32,000 nt of DNA, from NCBI RefSeq assembly GCF_002015085.1, contig NZ_MUXW01000003.1:99181-131180 (forward strand), written 5' to 3'. The notes beneath the pieces are model-generated. The model searched no databases. It was not told where the DNA came from and saw only the letters and a program-made list of their open reading frames with translations. This document shows, one piece after another, positions 19,668-29,376 of the stretch. The position numbers were made by a program, and so were the translations under genes. The DNA comes from Glaesserella parasuis. Lineage in GTDB: Bacteria > Pseudomonadota > Gammaproteobacteria > Enterobacterales > Pasteurellaceae. Position 1 is the stretch's first letter. Each line of letters begins with the position of its first letter.

Positions 19668-20987
19668 ATGACAACTCATACTCTAAGAAATAATCCACGC
19701 AAAGTGGCGATTGCAGCAATGATCGGGACTGCAATTGAATTTTTTGACTACTACATTTATGCGGCAGCAGCTGTATTAGTATTTAACACACAATTCTTTA
19801 ACAGCGATGACCCTGTTTCAAATGAATTACTTTCCCTTTCTACATTAGCACTAGCATTCTTCGCTCGCCCAATCGGTTCGGCACTTTTCGGACACTTTGG
19901 GGACAAAATCGGACGTAAGAAAACCCTTGTTGCTTCATTATTATTAATGGGCGGTTCAACGGTTACTATCGGCTTATTACCAAACTATGAAAGCATTGGT
20001 ATCTGGGCAACTATTTTGCTCTGCTTATGTCGTATCGGACAAGGTATCGGTTTAGGCGGTGAATGGGGTGGTGCAGCATTAGTGGCGACTGAAAATGCAC
20101 CAGATGGTAAACGTGCTTGGTTCGGTACATTCCCACAATTAGGTGCGCCAATTGGCTTATTCTTAGCAAACGCCTCCTTCTTCTTAGTCAGCTACATTTT
20201 CGGTGCTGAAGCCTTAGTGGAATGGGCGTGGCGTATTCCGTTTGTTTCATCTATCGTGCTTGTTGCAGTAGGTTTATATGTACGTCTTAGCTTACACGAA
20301 AGCCACGTTTTCAGAGAAGCTGAAGCTCAAGGCAAAAAACACGCAGCACCTGTAAGCGAAGTATTTAAAGACCACTTAAAACCGTTGATCATTGGTACAT
20401 TCATTATGACAGCGACCTATGTGTTGTTCTACATTATGACTGCCTTTGCTCAAATTTACTCAAAAAGTGCACCAACGCTATCACCAGCAGGACACCCAAT
20501 GGGCCTAGGTATTCCAGCTAACACATTTACAGGATTACTCTTATTAAGTGCAATTGTATTTGGTATCTTCGTTAGCCTGTCAGGGATTTTTGCTGACAAA
20601 ATCGGTCGCCGTAAATGGTTAATTTATGTGACAACAGGTATCGGCATTTTCGGTTTATTAATGCCTTTCTTCTTAGGAAACGGTACACCAATGACAGTCT
20701 TTGCGTTCTTAATCGTAGGTATGGTCTTTATGGGTATGACATTCGGCCCAATGGCGGCATTATTACCAGAATTATTCCCAACTGAAGTACGTTACTCTGG
20801 CGCATCACTTGCCTATAACTTAGCATCTATTGTGGGGGCAACGGTTGCTGCAACTTTTGCAATTAAAATTAATGCAGCTTATGGCTTAATCGGCGTGGGG
20901 ATTTACCTTGCAATTAATGCAGTTATCACATTGATTGCACTCTTTGCGTCAAAAGAAACGAAGAATTTGGATTTGACTGAAGTGTAA
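19668..20987 (+). CDS. MFS transporter, metabolite:H+ symporter (MHS) family (ShiA/KgtP/ProP-like). Substrate unknown.
   Basis: About 439 aa with 12 predicted TM segments. MHS hallmarks are GTAIEFFDYYIY, RPIGSALFGHFGDKIGRKKTL, GLGGEWGGA and ADKIGRRK. The ORF track begins at TTG 19662; the ATG at 19668 is more likely. Confidence 0.8.
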   Translation: MTTHTLRNNPRKVAIAAMIGTAIEFFDYYIYAAAAVLVFNTQFFNSDDPVSNELLSLSTLALAFFARPIGSALFGHFGDKIGRKKTLVASLLLMGGSTVTIGLLPNYESIGIWATILLCLCRIGQGIGLGGEWGGAALVATENAPDGKRAWFGTFPQLGAPIGLFLANASFFLVSYIFGAEALVEWAWRIPFVSSIVLVAVGLYVRLSLHESHVFREAEAQGKKHAAPVSEVFKDHLKPLIIGTFIMTATYVLFYIMTAFAQIYSKSAPTLSPAGHPMGLGIPANTFTGLLLLSAIVFGIFVSLSGIFADKIGRRKWLIYVTTGIGIFGLLMPFFLGNGTPMTVFAFLIVGMVFMGMTFGPMAALLPELFPTEVRYSGASLAYNLASIVGATVAATFAIKINAAYGLIGVGIYLAINAVITLIALFASKETKNLDLTEV

Positions 20988-21011
20988 ATGCTACGAATTG
21001 TAAGTTCATTT

Positions 21012-21794
21012 TTAAGTTTGAAAAATAGTATCCAAAAAGTGGCTTAATCTAAACCATAACCTATTCAATTTCTCTATTTCAGGCTGATATTCCACCATTT
21101 TGGCGACACAAGCGGTGGGGTCGAAGCCTGATTTTGCAAAATAGCGAGCCAAGAAAAACGCCTTTTGTTCCGCAGACAGCGGATTGTAATGAAACAGCAA
21201 GGCTAATTCTAAAGCAGGATCGGAGATCGCCGCATATTCCCAATCAATCAAAAAGAGTTTTTCATCTTGTTCGACTAAATTTGCAAGATGAATGTCGTGA
21301 TGGCAAATGGTTTGTTTATAAGGACTAATCTGTTTAAACGGAGGCGTGAAATTGAGACTGTTTTGCATTTTAAGCGGTAAGTTTTGCCATAAAAATTGAC
21401 AACGTTCGGCAAGATTTAATCTTGTTAAATTTTGCGTAGAACGTACCGCTTGCCAATCAAAGCGATGTAAGCTGGCTAATTGGTCAGCTAATTTAGCGAG
21501 TAAAGGTTGGCTAAAATGGCTAGGGGTTTGCCCATTAATCCACGCTAATAAAGCAGAGGTTTCATTAGCATAAATGATCTTAGGAGCGAAGCCGAGTGGC
21601 TCAATCAAACGCAAAAAAGCCACTTCTTGTTGGTAATCAATGCCATAATCAGTGGATTGTTGGGTCTGGGAACGTAAAACATAACGTTCGCCATTGGCTA
21701 ATTCGACCAAATGGCTACAGGCGGTCAGCCCTGCTAATTTTGTGACAGAACTGACCGCTTGTTGTTGCTGTTGTTCAAGCCATTGAAGTGCCAT
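21012..21794 (-). CDS. thiK: Thiamine kinase-like phosphotransferase (APH/choline kinase fold; ThiK/YcfN family)
   Basis: 260-aa ORF with the Brenner motif HHDIHLANLV and LIDWEYA. It occupies the thiK position in a hinT-ycfL-thiK array like E. coli hinT-ycfL-lpoB-thiK. Substrate assignment rests on synteny only. Confidence 0.65.
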   Translation of the reverse strand: MALQWLEQQQQQAVSSVTKLAGLTACSHLVELANGERYVLRSQTQQSTDYGIDYQQEVAFLRLIEPLGFAPKIIYANETSALLAWINGQTPSHFSQPLLAKLADQLASLHRFDWQAVRSTQNLTRLNLAERCQFLWQNLPLKMQNSLNFTPPFKQISPYKQTICHHDIHLANLVEQDEKLFLIDWEYAAISDPALELALLFHYNPLSAEQKAFFLARYFAKSGFDPTACVAKMVEYQPEIEKLNRLWFRLSHFLDTIFQT

Positions 21795-22162
21795 TATCGC
21801 TGAAAACGTAAGTAAAAACGGCAGTTTTCACTTTCAGGGGTTGGCTTGTCTAAAGCAATCTCTTGGCGTTGTTTAGGTTCAAGGAACAAATGTTGCCAAG
21901 ACGATGTTGCTTCACCCTTTAAGGTTTGCGTCACCCCTGTTTTGTCGTACCAAAACAGTTTATGGCTTAAATGCAGAGGGTGTTCACTTTTATTAAACAC
22001 CACAAGTTCATCCGATTTTGCCACAACGTCCGTTATCTCTGCGACATTGGCTTCGATATTAACAATCGGCGTTGTGCCTGATGGCAGATAGCTAGGCGGA
22101 TTTGACCCACAAGCGGTCAGAAATACGCTCAATAGTGCAACAAGAGAAAAAGTGTGCTTCAT
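21794..22162 (-). CDS. ycfL: YcfL-family lipoprotein (DUF1425)
   Basis: 122-aa ORF with a signal peptide and lipobox (VFLTAC). It sits directly after hinT, as in E. coli. Its stop overlaps the thiK start (TAATG). Confidence 0.7.
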   Translation of the reverse strand: MKHTFSLVALLSVFLTACGSNPPSYLPSGTTPIVNIEANVAEITDVVAKSDELVVFNKSEHPLHLSHKLFWYDKTGVTQTLKGEATSSWQHLFLEPKQRQEIALDKPTPESENCRFYLRFQR

Positions 22163-22163
22163 C

Positions 22164-22523
22164 TTATTTCGCCAACATTTTACCTAACAGCTCACCGCCA
22201 ACAAGGTGCATATGGATATGGGATACTTCTTGTCCACCGTGTTTATTACAGTTCATGATCAAGCGATAGCCGTCTTCCGCAATGCCTTCTTCTTTGGCAA
22301 TTTTCGCAGCAACGGTAAATAAACGCCCAAGTGCTTGTTCATCTTCCGCAGTAACGTGATTAACCGTTGGAATAAATTTGTTTGGAATAATTAAAATGTG
22401 GGTTTTCGCCTGTGGGGCAATATCACGGAATGCAGTGACAAGCTCATCTTGATACACGATTGCCGCAGGGATTTCTTTACGGATGATTTTGCTGAAAATA
22501 GTTTCTTCGTAGTTGGTTAGCAT
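22164..22523 (-). CDS. hinT: HIT-family purine nucleoside phosphoramidase
   Basis: 119-aa ORF with [12 protein letters not shown], the histidine triad HIHMHLVGG and AFRDI.PQA..H.LIIP. Confidence 0.9.
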   Translation of the reverse strand: MLTNYEETIFSKIIRKEIPAAIVYQDELVTAFRDIAPQAKTHILIIPNKFIPTVNHVTAEDEQALGRLFTVAAKIAKEEGIAEDGYRLIMNCNKHGGQEVSHIHMHLVGGELLGKMLAK

Positions 22524-22622
22524 AATGTTTCCTTATATCAGTGTTGTAAGCGGTAGGATTGTCTAACTTTTTTGAGCAATTTGCAAAAATTTCTGCAAAT
22601 TTGACCGCTTTTATTTCATTTA

Positions 22623-22783
22623 GGGGCTGTATTAGATTATCAAGTATGTTAGTCTATAAAAATGAAAATAACTAATTGTAAATTAAAGAAATCTACACAA
22701 AAAAAGCTCCTTGAATTTTTTGTATTAGAAGTCACAGCTCGTTCGAAAATAAACATTAGCAACAATTTTGTCTACTATGCCCC
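22623..22783 (+). mobile_element. IS1016-like (IS1595 family) remnant holding only the first ~28 codons of the transposase
   Basis: The ATG at 22662 opens MKITNCKLKKSTQKKLLEFFVLEVTARS, which matches the characteristic IS1016-group transposase N-terminus (..ITHCKLKKSVQ.KLLEFFVLEVTARSA..). After that it diverges and soon stops (55 codons in total). The region is bounded by GGGGCTGT... on the left and ...CTACTATGCCCC on the right. Confidence 0.6.
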
Positions 22784-22860
22784 TTTTTATGCCTTAAATA
22801 ATAGAAATAGTATTTTCTATCTCTTGTAAAGTCCAATCATTCAGATTCTTCAATGTAATA

Positions 22861-23656
22861 CAGGGCAAGATCACATCTTTCTCAAATTTATGATCTAATA
22901 CACCTTAATTATCCATATCAAATCAGGTTGTAAAATGAGCGTTTTTCGTTTTTTTGAAAATTTATCCGACCCACGAGCCTATAATCAAAAACACCACTTT
23001 TTAGACATCGTTTTTCTCGTCGTCAGTGCCGTGATTTCGGGGGCAAACAGCTGGACTGAAATCAAACTTTTTGGCGAATTACATTTGGATTGGTTGCGAA
23101 AATATCGTCCTTTTGAGTGTGGTATTCCTGTCGATGATACTATCGCTCGTGTAATAAAACGCATTAAATGCTTGAGACGTTTGAGGAGGTAAATGCGGAA
23201 CGTCGTCGAATTGATGAGCGTTACTACCGCAAGCTGAAAGTGAGTGATTGGCTGAGCAAAGCGGAGGAATGGAAGGGGATAAAATCGGTGTTGGAGGTGT
23301 GTCGCAAGCGGTCAGATAATGACAAAGAATCGCAAGAAAAAGTCTTTTATATCAGTAGCTTGGATGTTGATATTCAAATATTGACGAAGTACGTGCTAAG
23401 GCATTGGGAAGTGGAAAACAAAGCCCATTGGGTGCTAGATGTGGTCTATAAAGAAGACGAATGTGCTGTGACCGATGAATGGGGTGCGGAAAATCTGGCA
23501 ATCTTGCGTCGATTAGCGTTGAACTTGGCTCGATTACACCCGAAAAAGCAGAGTATGAAAGGGAAATTGACCGCTGCTGGTTGGTCAGATGAATTTCGAG
23601 ATGAGCTGTTGCTCGGCGTGTAGGTTGAAAAATGGACAACATATGCGGTTGCCCTG
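22861..23656 (+). mobile_element. ISAs1-family (H-repeat type) insertion sequence with an internal deletion. Both terminal inverted repeats are retained.
   Basis: The left end CAGGGCAAGATCACATCTT and the reverse complement of the right end, CAGGGCAACCGCATATGTT, share 14 of 19 positions, including the first 8. The element is about 796 bp, against roughly 1.2-1.3 kb for typical family members as I recall them. Confidence 0.65.
22935..23623 (+). pseudogene. ISAs1-family transposase missing its central (catalytic) third, in two out-of-frame pieces
   Basis: The piece at 22935..23192 (LSDPRAYNQKHHFLDIVFLVVSAVISGANSWTEIKLFGE..LDWLRKY...GIPVDDTIARV) is the N-terminal DDE_Tnp_1-associated region. The piece at 23168..23623 (...FYISSL...LRHWEVENKAHWVLDVVYKEDECA......AENLAILRRLALNL) is the C-terminal region. 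About 135 aa in between are absent. Confidence 0.75.
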
Positions 23657-23753
23657 GAGGAAATTTCAAAATGTGAACGAAATAGTCGCGTTATTTTTCG
23701 TGATATGGTATTGGCACTACAAAGGGCACACTATAAATGCCCGAAAATAATCA

Positions 23754-23779
23754 TAGGAACGCCACGCTTGGCGTTCCTA
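23754..23779 (-). terminator. Rho-independent terminator of nfuA
   Basis: TAGGAACGCCA-cgct-TGGCGTTCCTA forms a perfect 11-bp stem. It lies 27 nt downstream of the nfuA stop. On the minus strand it is followed by TGATTATTTT. Confidence 0.65.
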
Positions 23780-23805
23780 GTTATCGCTTGAGTTAGGTTG
23801 TTTTG

Positions 23806-24399
23806 CTAATAATAAGAATGTTCACCGTGTTGATGTTCAGTCACATCTTTCACGCCAACTAATTCTTCTGGGAAAAGAGCAAGCAACTGTTTTTCAATGC
23901 CTTCTTTTAAGGTAACATCTACCATTGAACAGCCGTTACAACCACCGCCAAATTGCAATACTGCATATTTATCTTCAGTGACTTCAATTAAGGTTACACG
24001 TCCGCCGTGGCTTGCCAGTTGTGGATTGATTTGGGTCTGAATCACATAGTCTAAGCGCTCAATAAAAGGTGCGTCATCTGCCACTTTTTTCATTTTGGCA
24101 TTTGGGGCTTTTAAAGTGAGCTGTGAACCCATTGGATCGGTAACATAGTCAATTTCGGCATCTTCAAGGAAAGGAAGGCTGATTTCGTCAATAAATGCAG
24201 AAAATTGTTCAAATTTGATTTCAGTATCCGTTTCTTCTACGGCATTAACAGGGCAGTAAGATACACCACATTCAGCACTTGGTGTGCCAGGATTAACCAC
24301 AAAAATGCGGATATTTGTGCCTTCTTCTTGTTGATCAAGTAATTTGCGGAAGTGGTTTTGTGCAACGTCTGAGATTGTAATGTTCATCATTTTATCCAT
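23806..24399 (-). CDS. nfuA: Fe-S biogenesis protein NfuA
   Basis: Colinear with E. coli NfuA, with the motifs [51 protein letters not shown] and [24 protein letters not shown], ending TEHQ.GEHSYY. The start could be the Met at 24399, 24390 or 24387. Confidence 0.92.
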   Translation of the reverse strand: MDKMMNITISDVAQNHFRKLLDQQEEGTNIRIFVVNPGTPSAECGVSYCPVNAVEETDTEIKFEQFSAFIDEISLPFLEDAEIDYVTDPMGSQLTLKAPNAKMKKVADDAPFIERLDYVIQTQINPQLASHGGRVTLIEVTEDKYAVLQFGGGCNGCSMVDVTLKEGIEKQLLALFPEELVGVKDVTEHQHGEHSYY

Positions 24400-24784
24400 T
24401 TATGAAAACTAAACTGTTTGCTATTTTATCCCTATCCTGATTTTTTGACTAGCATCAAATTTATTAAAAATGAATTTAGGAAGTGTCTGTTTTTCATTCA
24501 TTTTGTCAGGGAATAAAGAGTAAAATTTGATGTATTTCAAAGTTTCTTAGGCTAAATGTTAAAAAAATGTAGTAAAACTAGCAATAAAAGTGTGTTTTCA
24601 GGTAGAATACCTTGTTTATTTTTATCTTGGAAAAACAAGGTAAAGCCCAATTTGAGAACTTAATGTAGCGAACAAATATAAGTGGGGGAATCAACGTTTA
24701 TGTTTGCTTTTAGCTACGCTCAATGTAGCGATTGCAGTTTCTGCAATCATTCTTTTTAACCCAACTAAAAGTAGTGCAAACAAT

Positions 24785-26131
24785 ATGATTACAATTAAAC
24801 AAGGCTTAGATCTTCCTATTGCGGGGAAACCTGAGCAAGTAATCCATAACGGTAATACCGTTAATGAAGTTGCTGTGCTTGGCGAAGAATATGTGGGTAT
24901 GCGCCCTTCTATGAAGGTGCGTGAAGGTGATGTGGTGAAAAAAGGTCAGGTTCTTTTTGAAGATAAGAAGAATGCTGGCGTGGTTTTCACCGCTCCTGCA
25001 AGCGGTACGATTGTTGCAATCAATCGCGGTGAGAAACGTGTTCTTCAATCCGTTGTGATTAAAGTTGAAGGTGATGAACAGGTAACTTTCGAGCGTTATA
25101 ACGCTTCTGAGTTAAGTTCATTAACAGCTGACCAAGTGAAGCAAAATTTAGTTAATTCGGGTTTATGGACTGCGTTCCGTACTCGTCCATTCAGTAAAGT
25201 TCCTGCGTTAGATGCAGTGCCATCTTCTATTTTCGTTAATGCGATGGATACAAATCCATTAGCGACTGATCCTGAAGTGGTATTAAATGAACATAAACAA
25301 GATTTTGTTGATGGTTTAACGGTGTTAAGCCGTTTATTTGATGGACAAAAAACAATCCATTTATGTCGTGCACCAGATAGTAATATCCCAACGGCTGAAG
25401 TGGCTAATGTGAAAGTAACTTCTTTCGCTGGTCCACACCCAGCAGGTTTGAGTGGTACGCATATTCACTTTATCGATCCTGTTTCTGCGACGAAAAGTGT
25501 GTGGTATTTGAACTATCAAGATGTGATTGCTATCGGTAAATTATTTACGACAGGGGAATTATACACAGATCGTGTGGTTTCGTTAGCTGGTCCTCAAGTG
25601 AAAAAACCTCGCTTAGTGCGTACACAACTTGGTGCAAACCTTTCTCAATTAACTGCAGGTGAACTAGCAGAGGGTGAAAACCGTGTGATTTCAGGCTCTG
25701 TGTTAAGCGGTGCGAAAGCAGTTGGTGTTCACGATTATTTAGGTCGTTATGCATTACAGGTGTCTGTGATTGCAGAAGGTCGTGAGCAAGAGTTCTTAGG
25801 TATGATTGCTCCATATTCACACAAATTCTCTATTACTCGTACTGTGTTAGGTGCGTTTAGCAAGAAATTGTTTAACTTTACCACCGCTGTTAATGGTAGT
25901 GAGCGTGCAATGGTGCCAATCGGCTCTTATGAGCGTGTCATGCCGTTAGATATTTTACCAACATTGTTGTTGCGCGATTTAGCATCTGGCGATACGGATT
26001 CTGCTCAAGCATTAGGTTGCTTAGAGTTAGATGAAGAAGATTTAGCGTTATGTACCTTTGTCTGCCCAGGTAAAAATAACTACGCACCAATGTTGCGTGC
26101 AGCGTTAGATAAGATCGAGAAGGAAGGTTAA
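24785..26131 (+). CDS. nqrA: Na+-translocating NADH:quinone oxidoreductase subunit A
   Basis: The protein starts [16 protein letters not shown] at the ATG at 24785 and is colinear with H. influenzae NqrA through ...LDKIEKEG. The ORF-track extension to TTG 24704 is not supported. Confidence 0.93.
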   Translation: MITIKQGLDLPIAGKPEQVIHNGNTVNEVAVLGEEYVGMRPSMKVREGDVVKKGQVLFEDKKNAGVVFTAPASGTIVAINRGEKRVLQSVVIKVEGDEQVTFERYNASELSSLTADQVKQNLVNSGLWTAFRTRPFSKVPALDAVPSSIFVNAMDTNPLATDPEVVLNEHKQDFVDGLTVLSRLFDGQKTIHLCRAPDSNIPTAEVANVKVTSFAGPHPAGLSGTHIHFIDPVSATKSVWYLNYQDVIAIGKLFTTGELYTDRVVSLAGPQVKKPRLVRTQLGANLSQLTAGELAEGENRVISGSVLSGAKAVGVHDYLGRYALQVSVIAEGREQEFLGMIAPYSHKFSITRTVLGAFSKKLFNFTTAVNGSERAMVPIGSYERVMPLDILPTLLLRDLASGDTDSAQALGCLELDEEDLALCTFVCPGKNNYAPMLRAALDKIEKEG

Positions 26132-26135
26132 TCAA

Positions 26136-27374
26136 ATGGCTTTAAAAGATCTTTTCCATAAAATGGAACCGGCTTTCCAGAAAGGTGGAAAGTATGAGAA
26201 ATTCTATATTCTGTTTGAAGCAGCTTATACGATTTTCTATACACCGGGTACAGTAACTCAAAAAGATGCTCACGTACGTGACGCAATTGACTCCAAGCGT
26301 ATGATGTTAATCGTATGGTTAGCATTGTTCCCAGCTATGTTCTACGGTATGTATAACGTGGGTGCGCAATCAATCCTTGCATTAGGCGTCGGTGACTTTA
26401 CTCAAAATGTAGCTCAAAACGTGGCAAATGACTGGCACTTTGCCTTAGCAAATGCATTCGGTGTGTTATCACAAGATGCTGGCGTATTTGGCAAAATGTT
26501 AATCGGTGCGATCTTCTTCCTACCAATCTACTTAACCATTTTTGCAGTAGGTGGTTTCTGGGAAGTGTTATTCGCAATGGTGCGTAAACATGAAATCAAT
26601 GAAGGTTTCTTCGTTACTTCTATCCTTTTAGCATTAATCGTTCCACCAACATTACCATTATGGCAAGCAGCATTAGCAACAACCTTTGGTGTTGTGGTTG
26701 CAAAAGAAGTCTTTGGTGGTGTAGGTAAAAACTTTATGAACCCAGCGTTAGCAGGTCGTGCGTTCTTATTCTTCGCATACCCAGCACAAATTTCGGGCGA
26801 CTTAGTTTGGACTGCAGCAGATGGCTTCTCAGGTGCAACAGCACTTTCTCAATGGGCAGTCGGCGGTCAAGCTGCACTTAAACACGTTGCAACAGGCGAA
26901 ACTATTACTTGGATGGACGCATTCTTAGGTAATATTCCTGGTTCTATCGGTGAAGTATCAACTGTCGCATTAATGATCGGTGCTGCGATTATTGTATTTG
27001 CTCGCATTGCGTCTTGGCGAATCATTGCTGGTGTAATGATCGGTATGGCATCAATGGCAACGGTATTCAACCTAATCGGTTCAGATACTAACCCATTATT
27101 CTCTATGCCGTGGCACTGGCACTTAGTGTTAGGTGGTTTCGCAATCGGTATGTTCTTTATGGCAACCGACCCTGTATCTGCAGCCTTTACCAATAAAGGT
27201 AAATGGTGGTACGGTATCTTAATCGGGGTGATGTGTGTGATTATTCGTGTAGCAAACCCAGCGTACCCAGAAGGTATGATGTTAGCGATTTTATTTGCTA
27301 ACTTGTTTGCTCCAATCTTCGACTACTTCGTGGTTCAGGCTAACATCAAACGTAGGAAGGCACGCAATGGCTAA
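26136..27374 (+). CDS. nqrB: Na+-NQR subunit B
   Basis: 412-aa polytopic ORF with GFSGATAL, which contains the FMN-attachment Thr context. It is the second gene of the nqr operon. Confidence 0.93.
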   Translation: MALKDLFHKMEPAFQKGGKYEKFYILFEAAYTIFYTPGTVTQKDAHVRDAIDSKRMMLIVWLALFPAMFYGMYNVGAQSILALGVGDFTQNVAQNVANDWHFALANAFGVLSQDAGVFGKMLIGAIFFLPIYLTIFAVGGFWEVLFAMVRKHEINEGFFVTSILLALIVPPTLPLWQAALATTFGVVVAKEVFGGVGKNFMNPALAGRAFLFFAYPAQISGDLVWTAADGFSGATALSQWAVGGQAALKHVATGETITWMDAFLGNIPGSIGEVSTVALMIGAAIIVFARIASWRIIAGVMIGMASMATVFNLIGSDTNPLFSMPWHWHLVLGGFAIGMFFMATDPVSAAFTNKGKWWYGILIGVMCVIIRVANPAYPEGMMLAILFANLFAPIFDYFVVQANIKRRKARNG

Positions 27375-28143
27375 GTTTAATAAAGATAGCATTGGCGGAA
27401 CACTTACCGTCGTGGTTTTATTAAGTTTAATCTGTTCTCTTATCGTGGCAGGTTCTGCGGTGTTGTTAAAATCGGCACAGGAAGAACAAAAAGCCCTTGA
27501 TAAACAGAAAAACATTTTAAGTGTTGCTGGTTTATTACCTGAAGGCACGAAGAAAAGCGAAATTAAAGATATTTATGTGAAAAACATCGAATCTAAAATC
27601 GTTGATCTTGCCACAGGTGATTATGTTGAAGGCGTAGCGAATTTTGATGCAAAAGCAGCTGCAAAAGATCCAGCTCAAAGTATCGCTATCAATCCAGCAG
27701 ACGATAAAGCAGATATCAAAGTTCGTGCAAAATATGCAGAAATTTACCTTGTAAAAGATACAAATGGACAAGTAAATCAAATCGTACTTCCATTCTACGG
27801 AACAGGTTTATGGTCTGTAATGTATGGCTTTGTCTCTGTTGAGCCAGATGGCAATACAATCAAAGGTATCACTTACTACGAACAAGGTGAAACACCAGGA
27901 CTTGGTGGTGAAATTGAAAACAAACGTTGGCAACAAAACTTCGTGGGCAAAAAATTACAAAATGCTCAGGGTGAATCTGCAATTCGCATTGCAAAAGGTG
28001 CTTCAGCTGATAAAGATCACGGTATTGATGGCTTATCAGGTGCAACACTCACCTCTAACGGTGTTGATGGTTCATTCAAATACTGGTTTGGTGCGAACGG
28101 CTTTGGTCCATATTTAGCGAAATTAAAAGCGGGGACTAACTAA
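27367..28143 (+). CDS. nqrC: Na+-NQR subunit C
   Basis: The protein starts [13 protein letters not shown] at the ATG at 27367, overlapping the nqrB stop. It has a single TM helix and the flavinylation motif GLSGATLTS. Confidence 0.92.
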   Translation: MAKFNKDSIGGTLTVVVLLSLICSLIVAGSAVLLKSAQEEQKALDKQKNILSVAGLLPEGTKKSEIKDIYVKNIESKIVDLATGDYVEGVANFDAKAAAKDPAQSIAINPADDKADIKVRAKYAEIYLVKDTNGQVNQIVLPFYGTGLWSVMYGFVSVEPDGNTIKGITYYEQGETPGLGGEIENKRWQQNFVGKKLQNAQGESAIRIAKGASADKDHGIDGLSGATLTSNGVDGSFKYWFGANGFGPYLAKLKAGTN

Positions 28144-28766
28144 TGGCAAGCAATAAACTTAAAGATCTCTTGTTATCACCTGTTGTGAATAACAACCCGA
28201 TTGCATTGCAAATTCTAGGTATCTGTTCTGCACTAGCGGTAACAACCAAGCTAGAAACTGCGGTGGTAATGGGTATTGCAGTAAGCTTTGTAACAGGCTT
28301 TTCAAGTATGTTCATTGCGATGATTCGTAACTATATCCCAAATAGTATTCGTATCATTGTACAAATGGCGATTATCGCATCGCTTGTAATTCTCGTGGAT
28401 CAGTTATTGCGTGCTTATGCTTACGATCTTTCTAAACAGCTCTCGGTATTTGTTGGTTTAATTATTACTAACTGTATCGTAATGGGACGTGCGGAAGCCT
28501 TTGCAATGAAATCTGGCCCAGTAGAAAGTTTTGTTGATGGTATCGGTAACGGTTTAGGCTACGGTGCAATCCTTGTGATTGTTGCGTTCATTCGTGAGTT
28601 AATCGGTTCAGGCAAACTCTTTGGTATTACGGTATTCCAAACTGTTCAAGATGGCGGTTGGTATCAAGCAAATGGTTTATTCTTATTAGCACCAAGTGCG
28701 TTCTTTATTATCGGCTTCTTAATTTGGGGCTTAAGAACTTGGAAACCAGAGCAAGTGGAGAAATAA
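28143..28766 (+). CDS. nqrD: Na+-NQR subunit D
   Basis: 207-aa RnfE/NqrD-family membrane protein. The start overlaps the nqrC stop (TAATG). Confidence 0.93.
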   Translation: MASNKLKDLLLSPVVNNNPIALQILGICSALAVTTKLETAVVMGIAVSFVTGFSSMFIAMIRNYIPNSIRIIVQMAIIASLVILVDQLLRAYAYDLSKQLSVFVGLIITNCIVMGRAEAFAMKSGPVESFVDGIGNGLGYGAILVIVAFIRELIGSGKLFGITVFQTVQDGGWYQANGLFLLAPSAFFIIGFLIWGLRTWKPEQVEK

Positions 28767-28767
28767 G

Positions 28768-29364
28768 ATGGAACATTATTTAAGTCTATTTGTTAAGTCC
28801 ATATTTATTGAAAATATGGCACTTTCTTTCTTCCTTGGTATGTGTACATTCCTTGCGGTATCTAAGAAAGTTTCAACAGCATTTGGTTTAGGTATTGCGG
28901 TAATCGTTGTACTAGGTATTGCAGTTCCAGCTAACCAAATTGTTTACGAGAACATCTTAAAAGATGGTTCATTAGTGGAAGGGGTTGATTTAACTTTCCT
29001 TAACTTTATCACCTTTATCGGTGTTATCGCTGCACTAGTGCAAATTCTCGAAATGATTTTGGATAAGTTTTTCCCTGCACTATATAGTGCATTAGGTATC
29101 TTCTTACCACTTATTACCGTAAACTGTGCGATCTTCGGTGCTGTATCATTTATGGTTCAACGCGAATATAACTTCGCTGAATCTGTGGTATATGGTATCG
29201 GTGCAGGTACAGGCTGGATGTTGGCAATTGTGGCATTAGCTGGTATTACAGAAAAAATGAAATACTCTGACGTACCTGCTGGCTTAAAAGGTTTAGGTAT
29301 TACCTTTATCACCGCAGGCTTAATGGCACTTGGCTTTATGTCTTTCTCAGGCATTCAATTATAA
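28768..29364 (+). CDS. nqrE: Na+-NQR subunit E
   Basis: 198-aa RnfA/NqrE-family membrane protein in the expected operon position. Confidence 0.93.
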   Translation: MEHYLSLFVKSIFIENMALSFFLGMCTFLAVSKKVSTAFGLGIAVIVVLGIAVPANQIVYENILKDGSLVEGVDLTFLNFITFIGVIAALVQILEMILDKFFPALYSALGIFLPLITVNCAIFGAVSFMVQREYNFAESVVYGIGAGTGWMLAIVALAGITEKMKYSDVPAGLKGLGITFITAGLMALGFMSFSGIQL

Positions 29365-29376
29365 GGAGCGTATCGA

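Noticed and set aside
21752-21782. A CAA/CAG-rich tract (encoding QQQQQ in the ThiK-like N-terminus), considered as a possible phase-variable simple sequence repeat
   Set aside because: It has only about 5-6 mixed CAA/CAG codons interrupted by other bases and stays in frame. This is far shorter and less regular than the tetranucleotide or homopolymer contingency repeats of Pasteurellaceae.
23643-23750. A 35-codon ORF, MRLPWRKFQNVNEIVALFFVIWYWHYKGHTINARK, with a hydrophobic core reminiscent of type I toxins, ending just before a strong hairpin
   Set aside because: It has no Shine-Dalgarno. The ATG lies inside the right inverted repeat of the ISAs1 remnant. The hairpin has its T tract on the other strand, so it serves as the nfuA terminator. 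I saw no antisense-RNA features. It could be revisited if transcriptomics show a small plus-strand RNA here.
24400-24470. A possible IscR type-2 site upstream of nfuA (CCC...GTTTG elements in ACTGTTTGCTATTTTATCCCTAT)
   Set aside because: The order and orientation of the conserved blocks do not match the type-2 consensus as I recall it. Only scattered positions agree.
24704-24784. Upstream extensions of nqrA (TTG 24704), and likewise nqrC (27295-27366), wecF (9906-10007), the MFS gene (TTG 19662) and priB (TTG 18915)
   Set aside because: Homolog N-termini ([24 protein letters not shown]..., MANIIHVLG...) begin at internal ATGs. The extensions have no family similarity and overlap the upstream gene or a promoter region.
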